Shown here: positions 22,762-34,365 of the stretch, in pieces
Position numbering within the stretch: the stretch's first letter is position 1
Layout of the letters: every line of letters starts with the position of its first letter
Assembly: GCF_001194135.2 (NCBI RefSeq)
Contig: NC_068984.1
Location: forward strand, 91,154,259-91,190,884
Direction: 5' to 3'
Length of the DNA: 36,626 bases
Source: Octopus bimaculoides
Lineage: Eukaryota
Notes under the pieces: model-generated
Database searches by the model: none
The model's input: only the letters and a program-made list of their open reading frames with translations
Told to the model about the DNA's origin: nothing
Position numbers and translations under genes: made by a program

Positions 22762-23103
22762 ATGTATTAGATGTTAATTTAAGGGTTAATAACTGTAAAT
22801 ACCTTGCAACCACTGCGATAATTGTTAACTGGTAATCGAAAGGTAAATATGTATTTTTATATGCCTTTGACTTAGTGTTATCACATTAGAATTAAAAATG
22901 AAACAATATTCACTTTTGACATGTAATACCAAACCAGTGTAAAAGATTTCTCTGGGCCTGCATTAGGCAAGAAGTTAAAAAATCTTTTGCCCATGACACT
23001 CCATGGACTCTATGTAATGCATGTGTAAAATTTGAATGAAATCAGTTGGGTAGTACTTGAGTTTTAGGGATTCACACATACAGTCAGACAGACACATTCT
23101 CAG
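22762..23103 (-). mobile_element. Helitron-family 5' non-coding region (diverged copy 2)
   Basis: Colinear, diverged duplicate of 20967-21435. Confidence 0.55.
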
Positions 23104-24560
23104 TTATCTCTGCCTATGCCCCTCAACGAGGGCTGCTGGAATGAATAAAAGGATTGATTTTATGATGTCCTTTTGCAAACTACTTCAGTGAAAAATGATA
23201 GTGGCTTTATCTTTGTGGCTGGTGACTTCAACATGCATATTGAGTAGCGTCCTGGTGGCTTCTATAATGTTCATGGAGGCTATGGGTTTCTGAAATGAGG
23301 AAGAAAAAAGGCTATTGGAGTTTTGTAATTCAAGTCTTATCTCAGGAAACCAGCCAGTCACATGATCAGCTATCAACCTGTCAGCTATACAAGCCAAATT
23401 GACTATGTTCTCACCAGAAAGATGGATGCTCAGAAATACAAAGACCTTCTTCAGTAAAGAATGTACTCCCTAACATAGGTTAGTTGTTAGCAGTTTTAGA
23501 CAATGGATGAGAAGGGCTTAGAGAAGCAAACCAGTCTGGAAAAGGAAGATATGGAAACTTAAGGGTCCATTGAAGAGCTAGAGCTTTAGAGACATCTTAA
23601 TTGAAGCATTAGACAAGGAGGAGGAGATATAACATAAAGGATAACTGGAAGTTGCAAATAGACAGTCTACTGAAGGCTACAGACCTAATCTGTAGCTAGT
23701 GCAAAGTTCCAACCAGACCAAAGGTGACATGGTGTTGGAACAGTAAAATAGACGGAGCCATAAACGCAAAGAAACAGGACTGGAAGTGTGGCAGTAGTAG
23801 AGAATTATACCAGTTAGCTAGAAGAAAAGAAAAACTAGGTAATAAGTATATTTAGCTAGGGAGAGGCAGAATGGAAGAGGTTTGCCAATGTTCAGTGGCA
23901 TGAGGTATTCTAGATTGCAAGACAGTGTGTCAGAGAAAATTATGATGTTGTAGGACTAAAGTGTGTAAGGATAGATGATGGTACACTTACATTTAGTGAT
24001 TCTGCAAAGAAAGAGGTATAGAAGTGTCACTATGAAAGGCTTCTAAATGTGAAGAATGCATAGGAGAAGGAGAGTCTTCCTAATGTAGATCCAACAGTGG
24101 GACCAGCTATCTATGTTGACAGCAGTATGATGGATAAAGGAATTAAGAATATGAAAACAGGGAAAGCCTTTGGTTCATTAGGAATTACACTGAGATACTA
24201 TCTGGTGGAGTGGGATACAGCCTAATCACTGTATAATTAATCAGGTTGTCCAGGAAGGTATCATACAGAAGTAATTACAGAGGTATCAAATTGCTGGACC
24301 AGATCATGGAAGTTACAGGAAGGGATATTGCATAACTAATTTAGAAGGGAGTTAACCTAGATGCAATTTGGATTTTGTGCCAGGGAGAAACATTATTAAT
24401 GCTATCTTCTTTGGAGAAACATTTAACCAAAAATAAACTGCTGTACTTGGCATTTGTCAACATGGAAAAAAACCTTTGACTGTGTCCTTTACTCCTTCAT
24501 CTAATGATCACTGCAGAAGCTAGAGGTAGATGAATGGCTGGTGAGAACTGTCCATTCACC
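23100..24560 (+). mobile_element. Old RTE LINE remnant (APE endonuclease to RT N-terminus)
   Basis: SVISAYAPQ, FVAGDFN, SQIDYVL and YLAFVNMEK motifs with many stops and frameshifts. Homologous to 34366-35108. Confidence 0.8.
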
Positions 24561-25629
24561 AAGGCTCAGTTCTCAGTTTCTGTTTATATCTCTTCAGGGA
24601 AATGGCCATGTTTGATGTGTATAAATGGTGTAAGTAGAAATTTCATTTGGTCTACCCAGTGCACATCAATGTTTAACACTGATGTGGTCTGTGGTATTAA
24701 GAGTGCTCAAAATACTAGCTAAATGAGTGTCAAAACAGTTGAATTTCTTCAGATCAGTTTCTTTCATTCTTTCAGTTTTTAAATTGTATTTAGTATGTAC
24801 AACACTGCTGTACATTGACATCACAATGCACTACAATGACACCTCCAATGAGCCCTTAAACACTATCATAGCTATATTTTCAACCAAGTTATGATTAAAA
24901 AATGATATGCTCATTTAAGATTATATCTATAATTATATTAGTTTAATAATTGAGATGTAGATTAATTTCTTATATTCTGTACATGTGGGTGTATTATTCA
25001 TGGGAAACCAACTCAGGTTTTGCCCTGGAATTATAACAAATTGAGCCATTTTACCAATATTAAGTGAATAACCATCACCACCTGAATCTGTACAAACAAA
25101 ATATAAACTCAGTTTATTTCAAAAGCCCTGTTCTGCAAAAATTACAGTAAGCATTCCATTTCAACATTCTATTTGCTGTTTAATGGTATCATTGCAACAT
25201 TCTTCTTTCAAAATTACTAAAGAAATGCATTTTTCTCTCACAAAGATTGATATAGACACCAGAATTTGTCATTTTCTGTTTTCCTGTATGGGCCAGTTTA
25301 TGCTATTACATTACAAAAAAATAGATATACACCTATTACGAAGCTGTGTGTGCTTTTGGACTAAACTGCTGAACAACATGTTTCATCAGTGTGAAATCAT
25401 GGTTATATTTGGCAGTTCAATTTCCCCTTAATTGCTAAATTGTGACCTTCATTCAGGTATCAGAATATCAAAATATCTACTCAAGTCTTCAACGTAGACC
25501 AATTTAGAGGTCAAAAAAAAGGATTTCTGACACAACTTTAATCCTGAAAACTTTTACCCATGCTCTTTGCATGTCTACTTTTCCTAAGAAAGCAAAATTG
25601 ATTACAAAAAGTTCACGAAAACGTCTTTT

Positions 25630-27100
25630 TAGCCTGCTGTGCAGTGCAAACTATGGGCACATAAGAGATGCAGTGAAATCACAGGAAGGTTAACAAAGAA
25701 AATAGTCTTTGTGTGTGTGGAAGATGGGCAGGAACAATAGATACTAAGAACACTAGGAAATAGATTCCCTCAGATACCTAGGAGACCCTTAGATGTAGTT
25801 GATAGTTTTTGTTAGGTGGATGCTCTGAAAGCATAGTGACTAGAATCGGAATTAGCTGAGGAAAGTTCACTTACAACTTAACTTCCTAACCTTACTCTAA
25901 CAAAGGGCTTCTCTCTCATTGAAAGGTAGATAGTATGATTCTTGTGTAGGAACAGCAGTGCTGCATGGTAGCGAGACATGGGCTGTGACTGTAGAGGACA
26001 TGTGAAGGTCTGTATATGCTCTGCTGTATATGCAATGTTAGTGTGCATCATCATCATCATTTAATGTTGGCTTTCCATGCTGGCATAGGTTGGACGATTT
26101 GACTGAGGACTGGCAAACCAGATGGCTGCACCAAGCTCCAATCTGATCTGGCAGAGTTTCTACAGCTGGATGCCCTTCCTAACGCCAACCACTCCGAGAG
26201 TGTAGTGGGTGTTTATACGTGCCACTGGCACGAGGGCCAGTCAGGTGGTACTGGCAATAGCCACGCTCAAATGGTATTTTTTATGTGCCACCTGCACAGG
26301 AGCCAGTCCAGCAGCACTGGCAATGACCTCGTTTGAATATTTTTTCATGTTCCACCGGCACAAGTGCCAATAAGATGACGCTGGTAACGATCACGTTCAA
26401 ATGGTACTTTTTACGTGCCACTGGCACAGAAGCCAGTCAGCTGCTCTGGCAATGATCACGCTCGGATGGTGCTCTTAGCGCTCCACTAGCATGGATGCCA
26501 GTCATCGAATTTGATTTCGATTTCACTTGTCTCAACAGGTCTTAGCAAGCAGAGTTTAGTGTCCAGTGAAGGAAAGGTACACATAAGTGGGCTGGTTACA
26601 CCCCTAAAGTGCAAATGTGTTGAGAGAAATTTGGGCATAAGAGGCATCAGATATAGTGTGCAAGAGAGAAGACTGCACTGGTATGATCATGTGATGCATG
26701 TGGATGAGAATAGCTGCAAGAGGAGGTAGACCCAAGATGAAAATTGACCTTCAGATGTTGAGTCTCAGAGACGACATGATGATAACCAAGATAATGGGCA
26801 ATTTGCTTGTGCTTAAGAAGATCCATCTAAGTAAAAATGAGGCCCTAAAGGCAAATTGTTCATATTTATGACTCCCTCCTCCATAACCCATCTTCCTTAA
26901 CACTCCTCCCTTCTATCTCCTACCCTCCTTTCGCACTCTCACAAATTTGCCTGCACACAATTTGTCCCTGACAAGTCCTTTCCTTGCAACTCATCTTCTT
27001 AACCTTACCCCCACCTTCCATCTGTATTAACTCTCTGCATTCCACTCTTCGCCATCTATCTCCTTTCACTCTCTTGCAAATTCACTTGCCCACTCAATTC
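25630..27100 (+). mobile_element. Old RTE RT C-terminal and 3' UTR remnant, interrupted by a nested insertion
   Basis: QCKLWAHKRCSEITGRLTKKIVFV and LHGSETWAVT, resuming after 26606 with LGIRGIRYSVQERRLHWYDHVMH. Confidence 0.8.
26046..26605 (-). mobile_element. RTE-family 3' region nested antisense in the older RTE
   Basis: (CAT)n at 26046-26060 and four 64-66 nt subunits starting at 26219, 26285, 26349 and 26415. Confidence 0.85.
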
Positions 27101-27687
27101 TTTATCCTGGAACTCCTGTTTTTGGGATAATGAGCAGCTGCCTTGTCACATTCTCTTGGATTTACTTGAAATCTTTTTGGGATCATAGCTATAGGCCCAT
27201 GATTTGTCACCTGTTATGACTGTTTTCAAAAAGTTTTTGTCTTGACACAATCAAGGAGATCCTGTGCAGCTGAAACCCAATCTTCTTTTCAAGACTCTCT
27301 CACTCTACACACTTTACTTCCAAGGACTTCTATAAACAACGAAAGTGAGCAAGAATGTTATAACTTAGTGTGAATGTGCAACAAAGTTCAGTCGAGTGCC
27401 ATGACCATAGCAACACTCTTGATACTTTTTGATCAGACCTTGTGTATACATGTATATATAAAGATTTCACTTAGGGACAGTGATACTAATAACATGCTGT
27501 CAGAACTCAATATACAAATGCTTCAGAAAAAAGCATTAAGCATGTACAGCACATAAAAAGAAATTAAAGCAATGACAAGGGAACAGGAATTAATCAACTT
27601 ATGTATGTATGCATGCATGCATGCATACATATATACATACACATACATATGCACTCAAATATATATATATATATATTGTCATAATTA

Positions 27688-28005
27688 TTGATGAATGTCC
27701 ATCTTCCATGTTGGCATGGGTTGTGTGCTTTCACAAGATTCAATGGGTTTGAGGACTATCATGCTCCAATGTCTGCTTTGTTATTATTTATATAACTGGA
27801 TGCCCTTTCTAATGCCATCTCCTTTACAGCATGTACTGAGTGGCACGTAAAAAACACCCACTACACTCTAGGAGTGGTTGGCATTAAGAAGCTGTAGAGA
27901 CCTTGCCAAATTGGATTGGAACCTGGTGCAGCCTTCCGGTTTACTAGTTTTCAGTCAAACTGTCCAACCCATGCCAGCATGGAAAACAGATGTTAAATGA
28001 TGATG
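27688..28005. mobile_element. Two decayed RTE-type 3' ends in divergent (back-to-back) orientation
   Basis: 27688-27838 (-) and 27841-28005 (+), each with the CCATG(C/T)(C/T)AGCATGG-type terminus. Confidence 0.6.
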
Positions 28006-28419
28006 AATTAAGCAATTTGATAAATGGAATTGATAAAATATTTACTGGGACTGAATTGATATGACTGATAAAATCATTGATGACAGTATCTCAATATGGC
28101 AACAGACCAATGACTGAAATCAATAAAAGAATATATGTATATATAGGGGGAGAATTCACAAAAAAACAAAAGACGAAGACAGGTAGTGTAGACAACAAAC
28201 AGATGTATTAGTTTAATGCTCTTCCACAGAAAGGAACACAGAAAGAAATGTGTGTGTGTGTATACACTAAACGTAAATAGTTTCTTTGTTAGTTTCTATA
28301 ATGAGCATTCCAGCTGTTTTATAATGTAACTGCTTACAAAGTGACTTGTAGAGTAAATGACTAAATAAATTGGAACATACATTGTTTTTGTTATAAAATT
28401 TAAAAGATCATGTAAATTG

Positions 28420-29250
28420 TTAATTTAATCACATATTTTACATTTGAACCAACAATGTTTTGCCAAACTTTTTCAAAATAATGTTATTTGAAATTTTAGT
28501 GTGTCCAATGAATCAAAGCATTTGCTTCCAATGAAATATTCCAAGCTTTGAAATGAGTAACAGCCTAAAGCTGTGAGGTCAGGAGAATACAGGGTATATG
28601 CAAGCTTTTCTCAGCCAAACTCTTCAATATTGGAACAGGTGATTCTTAGAGTATGGGGCACATATTATCATGAATAACTCACTTTATATTGAGTAAAGAG
28701 CACCTCTTCTTCAATTTTTCATCCGATTGATCAAGTTGTTCATAGTAAGCTTTAGTTATGTTTGTTTGGTACAGTTAAAGGATTTCAAAGTGGTAACAAG
28801 GTGATCCAAAAATGGTGAATGAACTCATAAATGAAGAACAATGCAGAACTGACACATAAACTTTGTGATCTCTCAGTTTGTGAAGAATCCAATCATTGAA
28901 CTTAGACACCATTCCAAGTTTTTGAAAATAGCAATTGATGGTTGATAATGATAATGAAATTAAGCTCTTTTGTTATATCTTCATCTGTTACATTGTCATT
29001 TCTCTTGAGTGCTGCTGTATGTTGTTCCTCATAAAAAGTAACAAGGTGTTCACAACAAGGAGAATGGTTCAAGCTGAATGAAGTTCTTGTATCAGAATTT
29101 TGGGGTTGTTCAAGTAATAACCAATGTAGACATCTGGCATGGTGACTATCTTTAGAATGAGGCATTCTCTGTTTGTAGTGTTAAATGAAATGTTGAAACA
29201 AAGTAATACAAAACTGAAAAATATAGCTTCATAAAGAGACATTACTTTTG
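28420..29250 (-). pseudogene. Mariner transposase pseudogene
   Basis: Minus strand has WILHKL (28874-28891; WVPHEL-like), IHDN, and YSPDL (28575-28589), with many stops and frameshifts. Confidence 0.75.
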
Positions 29251-29411
29251 AGATGATTTGATGTATAGTTTTTAAAAAAAATGCAATTGAAGACATTCTG
29301 ATACAAAGAATTGTCATTTTTAAAGAAACTAGCTAAATGTGAACAAAAGCTAATGTTATATGATCACAATAGAGTAATTACTACATTTACACAAGATGTA
29401 CTGTTCCACCC

Positions 29412-29773
29412 TGTGGAGGCGCAATGGCCCAGTGGTTAGGGCAGTGGACTTGTGGTTTCGATCCCCAGACCGGGCGTTGTGAGTGTTTATTGAGCGAAAA
29501 CACCTAAAGCTCCATGAGGCTCCGGCAGGTGGTGAACCCTGCTGTACTCTTTCACCACAACTTTCTCTCACTCTTACTTCCTGTTTCTGTTGTCCCTGTA
29601 ATTCAAAGGGACAGCCTTGTCACACTGTGCCACGCTGAATATCCCCGAGAACTACGTTAAGGGTACACGTGTATGTGGAGTGCTCAGCCACTTGCACGTT
29701 AATTTCACGAGCAGGCTGTTCCACTGGTCGGATCAACTGGAACCCTCGACGTTGTAAGCGATGGAGTGCCAAC
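29412..29773 (+). mobile_element. Full-length SINE family B (tail type 2) with 13-bp target-site duplication
   Basis: TSD TACTGTTCCACCC at 29399-29411 and 29774-29786. A and B boxes are present. Confidence 0.9.
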
Positions 29774-29946
29774 TACTGTTCCACCCACAAAAAACTGCAC
29801 ATAGCAGCATCAACTAATCAGCATAACATGATACATAAAATAGATAGCTTGAACTTCTTGATTGGGTGTTTTGTATAAGGAATCTATAATCCATTGGTTA
29901 TTGAAATACCCACATTTTATCTTCCTTAATAGAAGGGAAAATCATT

Positions 29947-30370
29947 ATCATCATCATTGTTTTAACGTCCACTTTTCGATTTATGCCTGGGTTGGATGGA
30001 ATTTGTTTGGGCAGATTTTCTACAGCTGGATGCCCTTCTTGTCACAAACCTCTCTTATTTTCAAGTAAGGTAATATTTCTCTATGACCAGGTATGTTTTC
30101 ATGCAAGATTGGAAAGGGACACCATTTACATGATGTCACACTTGCTTACAAACATCATATGATATTAAGGGGATAGATAGTAACACACACACACATCCAG
30201 ACATACTAGAGAATTCTTTTAGTTTCTGTTTACCAAATCCACTTGTAAGGCTTTGGTTGGCCTGAGGCTATAATAGAAGACATTTACTCAAGCTTCCACA
30301 CAGTAGGACTAAACTCAAAACTATGTGGTTGGGAAACAAGCTTCTTACCACACAGCCATGCCCTGCACCT
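29947..30370 (-). mobile_element. Composite SINE: tRNA head, CORE-like domain, (TG)n, and RTE-like 3' end with GAT tail
   Basis: Minus strand starts AGGTGCAGGGCATGGCTGTGTGGTAAGAAGCTTG and ends AAGGGCATCCAGCTGTAGAAAATCTGCC...GGACGTTAAAACAATGATGATGAT. Confidence 0.65.
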
Positions 30371-30520
30371 ATAAAACTATCATTAAATGTTACTATTAAA
30401 AATGACTTACTGAATGATTGTAAAAATATGACTAAATTTTTTTAATGAAAAATATGTATTTTTTTGTCATTTGCAGAAATCCTGTTGTTTGACGTGTAGC
30501 ATCCAGACCATCTGCCTGGC

Positions 30521-30920
30521 ATGATTGAGTCGCGCACCTTCAATGTGGAAAGTCATAGTAAAGTTGCATTTCATGTTATGTATGATTTATGGCGGCAGCA
30601 GCAGCTCTGTGATGTCATTATCTCTGTAGAAGGACACCAGTTTCATGCACACAAGATCGTTTTGGCAGGATGTAGTCCATATTTACGTGCCATGTTTACA
30701 AATGGCATGTTAGAATCTGACAAAAACTGGGTAGAAATCCATGGTACAGACCAAAATACCATGGCATATTTATTGGAGTTCATGTACCGTGGTTCTATTG
30801 AAATCACAGTTGACAATGTTCAGAGTTTGCTGCAAGGATCCAGTCTCCTTGGTTTGCATTCCCTGAGAAATCTGTGTGCTCATTTCTTACAATCGCAACT
30901 GACAGCTTCCAATTGCTTAG
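30521..30920 (+). CDS. Kelch-like (BTB-BACK-Kelch) protein, first coding exon (BTB/POZ domain)
   Basis: LCDVIISVEGHQFHAHKIVLAGCSPYLRAMFTNGMLES. Acceptor TTGCAG at 30476 and an in-frame upstream TAG (30497-30499) support the ATG at 30521. Donor AG|GTAATA, phase 1. Confidence 0.93.
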
Positions 30921-31013
30921 GTAATATTTCTTTTGCCATATTCTTTAATATTCTATACATACTCATAATTCTCTTTCATAAATAACTTTTAAATGAGTAT
31001 TTTTAATCTACAG

Positions 31014-31522
31014 GTATCCACTATTTTGCTGACATGTACACCTGTATTGAACTTGAAGCTACAGCACGTCACTACATTTACCAGAATTTTCTAGATGTCA
31101 TTCGTACTGAGGAATACTTGCAATTATCTGAAGAACGGTTATTAGATTTGCTCAACAGTGATAAACTGCAAGTAACAAGTGAACATCAAGTGTTTGAAGC
31201 CGCATGTCACTGGCTGCAGTGTGATCTAATTCATCGTTCACATGTTGCATGTCGCTTTCTACAAGCTATCAAACTTGTTCTGCTGGATATGGAATACTTG
31301 CAAAATATTGTAAGTCAGTCTGATTGGGTTCGAAATTGCCGGAAGTGCCAAGTTCGAGTCAACAAGGCACTGATGATGAAACAAAACAGTAAAGCACTTG
31401 AACTGATCACTCCTCGTGCCCAGCCACCTAGTATTTATGTAATAGGAGGACGCAACAGTATTGACTCACAGTTGAAAAGTGTTGAACGATATGACTTCTT
31501 ATTAGACCAGTGGTCAACAGTG
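31014..31522 (+). CDS. Kelch-like protein, second coding exon (BACK domain and first kelch repeat)
   Basis: Acceptor CTACAG after a 93-nt intron restores NCLG|IHYFADMY. Contains IYVIGGRNSIDSQLKSVERYDFLLDQWSTV. Donor GTG|GTAAGT, phase 0. Confidence 0.93.
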
Positions 31523-32792
31523 GTAAGTTTTCTTTGTACCAATATACATTTATCAGTTATGTCTATAAACAATAAACCCTAATATTGCTAGCCAATAAAA
31601 TATTTTACTTTAAAACAGAAAAATTCAATTAAATATTCAAGCTATGACTAATTTAATCTTGGATTTTTGTATTATTTTTAATGACATTTGAATGATGTCA
31701 TCTTTGGAACTTTTAATCCATAAAGTAAGTTAAGAAAACTAAATATTATAAGGTATTTCGTCCAACACATTCCCATAACAATTCATAACCTTTCTTTTGT
31801 CTAATATTAATTTCTAAAAGTCAAGTGCACTTCTTTTTAATGTCTCTCTATATGTCTTTATTGCATGGCATTCTGTGTTCTTTGAACTATCCTCATGACT
31901 TATTTCCACATATTCCTTGCCCATCCCCCTCTTTAAAAGTTCAATTGCATTAAAAGGCAGTATATGTAAATTTTAGCCAAGATTAGGATAAAAGGTAATT
32001 TAAATATTCACCTTTAACATATTAGCTAGGGCCTCAGTTTGACCAGTATGATTTTACAAATTTGAGAAATGAAAGTTTTACACTGAACAGGACAAAGTTT
32101 AAACTTGAAATTGTAAATGCCCAAACTACGTGTTAATTATCTAGTATAATCTCACTTTCCAACTTTGAACTGATGCCATGCTAATAATTCTGGTAAATCT
32201 AGAAATTACTTTTGGTTCTATGTTTTGTGAACAAAAATGCCTTAATAGTAAAAAGAAATGAAGATGCCTAATCTAATCCTATTTTGATTGTAATACATTA
32301 AAGAAACCTATCTGAGATATACCATCATATGTGATGCTGTATATTAAGGGTTTGAGATAGCAAAACAGTTTACTGTGTGTAACTTGTTTGTGTTGAAACT
32401 CAATAATCATTGGTCTGTATGTCTAATTATTGATTCATTGCTTACAAATGAGCTGAAGGGTTGATGTAAAAGGAGAAAATATGTTTAACTCTTTAGTATT
32501 CAGATTACTCTGTCAAATGTAATGCTTATTTATTCACATTGTTTTGAATTTATTTATTTTTAGAATGATATTGTAGAGTAGGTGTGAAAGGCTGGACCTG
32601 GCCAATCTGAACATAAAATAGGTAGAAATTTTGGCAAGATATGGCCTGTTTAAATGCTAAAAGGTTAAAACATGCTTTCCTGAAGTATTTGGAAAACTTT
32701 TTAAGGGTTCATTCTGATGACTAAATCTGGGAAGATGGTGCAGTTTCTGGTTAAAATGATTATATGTCTAATATTTTACATCTATATTTCAG

Positions 32793-33021
32793 CCTAGCAT
32801 GAATATTGCACGGACAGCAGTTAGTGCAACCAGCTATAATGGTTTGCTTTATGCTGTTGGTGGAGAGTGTGCTTTGGCAGATACTCCTGATGACACATTA
32901 TATTTGCGTTGTGTTGAGTGCTATGATCCAGTTCTTAAACAATGGGAACTAAAACCTGAACTCAAAATTGCTCGGTCATTTATTGCTGTGGCGTCAGTTG
33001 GTGGATTTCTCTATGCTATAG
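32793..33021 (+). CDS. Kelch-like protein, third coding exon (kelch repeats 1-3); gene continues beyond the window
   Basis: Acceptor TTTCAG|CCT AGC ATG. Contains LYAVGGE...VECYDPVLKQW...LYAIG. Donor G|GTAAGC, phase 1. No further kelch exon was found before 36626. The exact KLHL orthologue is not assignable by eye. Confidence 0.92.
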
Positions 33022-33163
33022 GTAAGCTTCATGGGAAAAGTTTAAATGTTCAATATTTTTAACATATTAAGCATTTATCACCAATCATATTTTTCCAAAA
33101 AATACTGTCAAATATTTGCGAGTATATATTTCAAACAGTCTCACTCATTTTAGTAATCTTATA

Positions 33164-33202
<39 letters not shown>

Positions 33203-34365
33203 TTTACATATTTAAGAAAAATTGTTGTAAATTAAATCAGTGGAAGGCTTGTATCTATATATATATTTACAATGGCAATATAAATTGAGACCCTATAAAT
33301 TAGATCTTGATGTAATCTATTGCGCCTCATCAAATGGTACCACCCTCAAAAAATACCTTCTTTTTCTTAGACAGACTCCACCAGAAGTGTCTATCCTCTA
33401 ATATTAAATCTCCACATTTAATAATTTAATTAGCAATTTTATTTAACAAATATGTAAAAAAAAAATCCAATGTTTTCTTAAAAGAGACATGAATGAGTTC
33501 AGTTTTACAACTTCAGAAATGCCTTCCATTAAATGTGTGTATGTGTATGTGTAGACACAGGTATGGCAGTGTAGTTACAAAGTTTGCTTCACAAGCATAT
33601 AGCCTTGAACTGACCAATACTTTGTGAGTGGAATTGGTAGACAAACTACAAGGAAGCCAGTTGTGTGTGTGAACTTGTGTACATGAATGTCAATCCTGCA
33701 TATTATCATTAGCACTGTCTGAATGAAAGCATTGTGTTTATTTTCACCAGTGAACCAATGTTCTGTTGTTTAGCAAACATATGAGAACCAGTGGAATTAC
33801 TAACATCTTACTTTGGGATCAGAAACAGAATTAGTGACAGTTAGAGCAATGATCTCTAGAAAAGTTTCCTCTACAAGTTTTGTCTGACCTAGCCAGGCAT
33901 AGACAATGTGTGTGTGTGTGTGTGTGTGTGTATGTATATATATATATATATATAGATATATATATATATATATATATATAGTTTTAGGGAAAAGAACCAA
34001 GGTTCATGAACTCATCGATGAAAATCCACTGTCACATACTGTGAAACTTAATTTTAATTTTTAATAAATTGATTTTAATTGAGTTTTTATCTGTAATTTT
34101 GGATTTTTATCCCTAATATTTTTATTATATATATATATATATTTGAAGAAGGGTAAAGATATCGCTTGCTAAAAATCAAAGCAAAAGATAAAAAAAAAGC
34201 CCAATTCTATGATAAATACACACACAAACAATGTAATGAGCACTCTAAAAAATAGGCCTATTTCTCATGCACAGCAACAGCATGAAATCAATTGATATTG
34301 GGGTATGTATTAACTGCCTTCATATTTCATCCTGAAGGTAGGCTTATTTTTTAAAATGTTCATTA

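Noticed and set aside
20967-23103. Flanking duplication as a giant TSD of the RTE at 21570-22755
   Set aside because: The copies are diverged and not adjacent to the 5' junction, whereas the RTE is young.
26219-26490. CRISPR-like appearance of regularly spaced units, also at 35397-35592
   Set aside because: Eukaryotic TE context, whole units are homologous with no unique spacers, and there are no cas genes.
30921-30985. ORF-track extensions of the kelch ORFs past the donors, also 31523-31582 and 33022-33062
   Set aside because: Intronic read-through. Canonical GT-AG sites give phase-consistent splicing.
34005-34055. CGATGA...GAAACTTAA, another hammerhead candidate
   Set aside because: No credible stem II or stem I.
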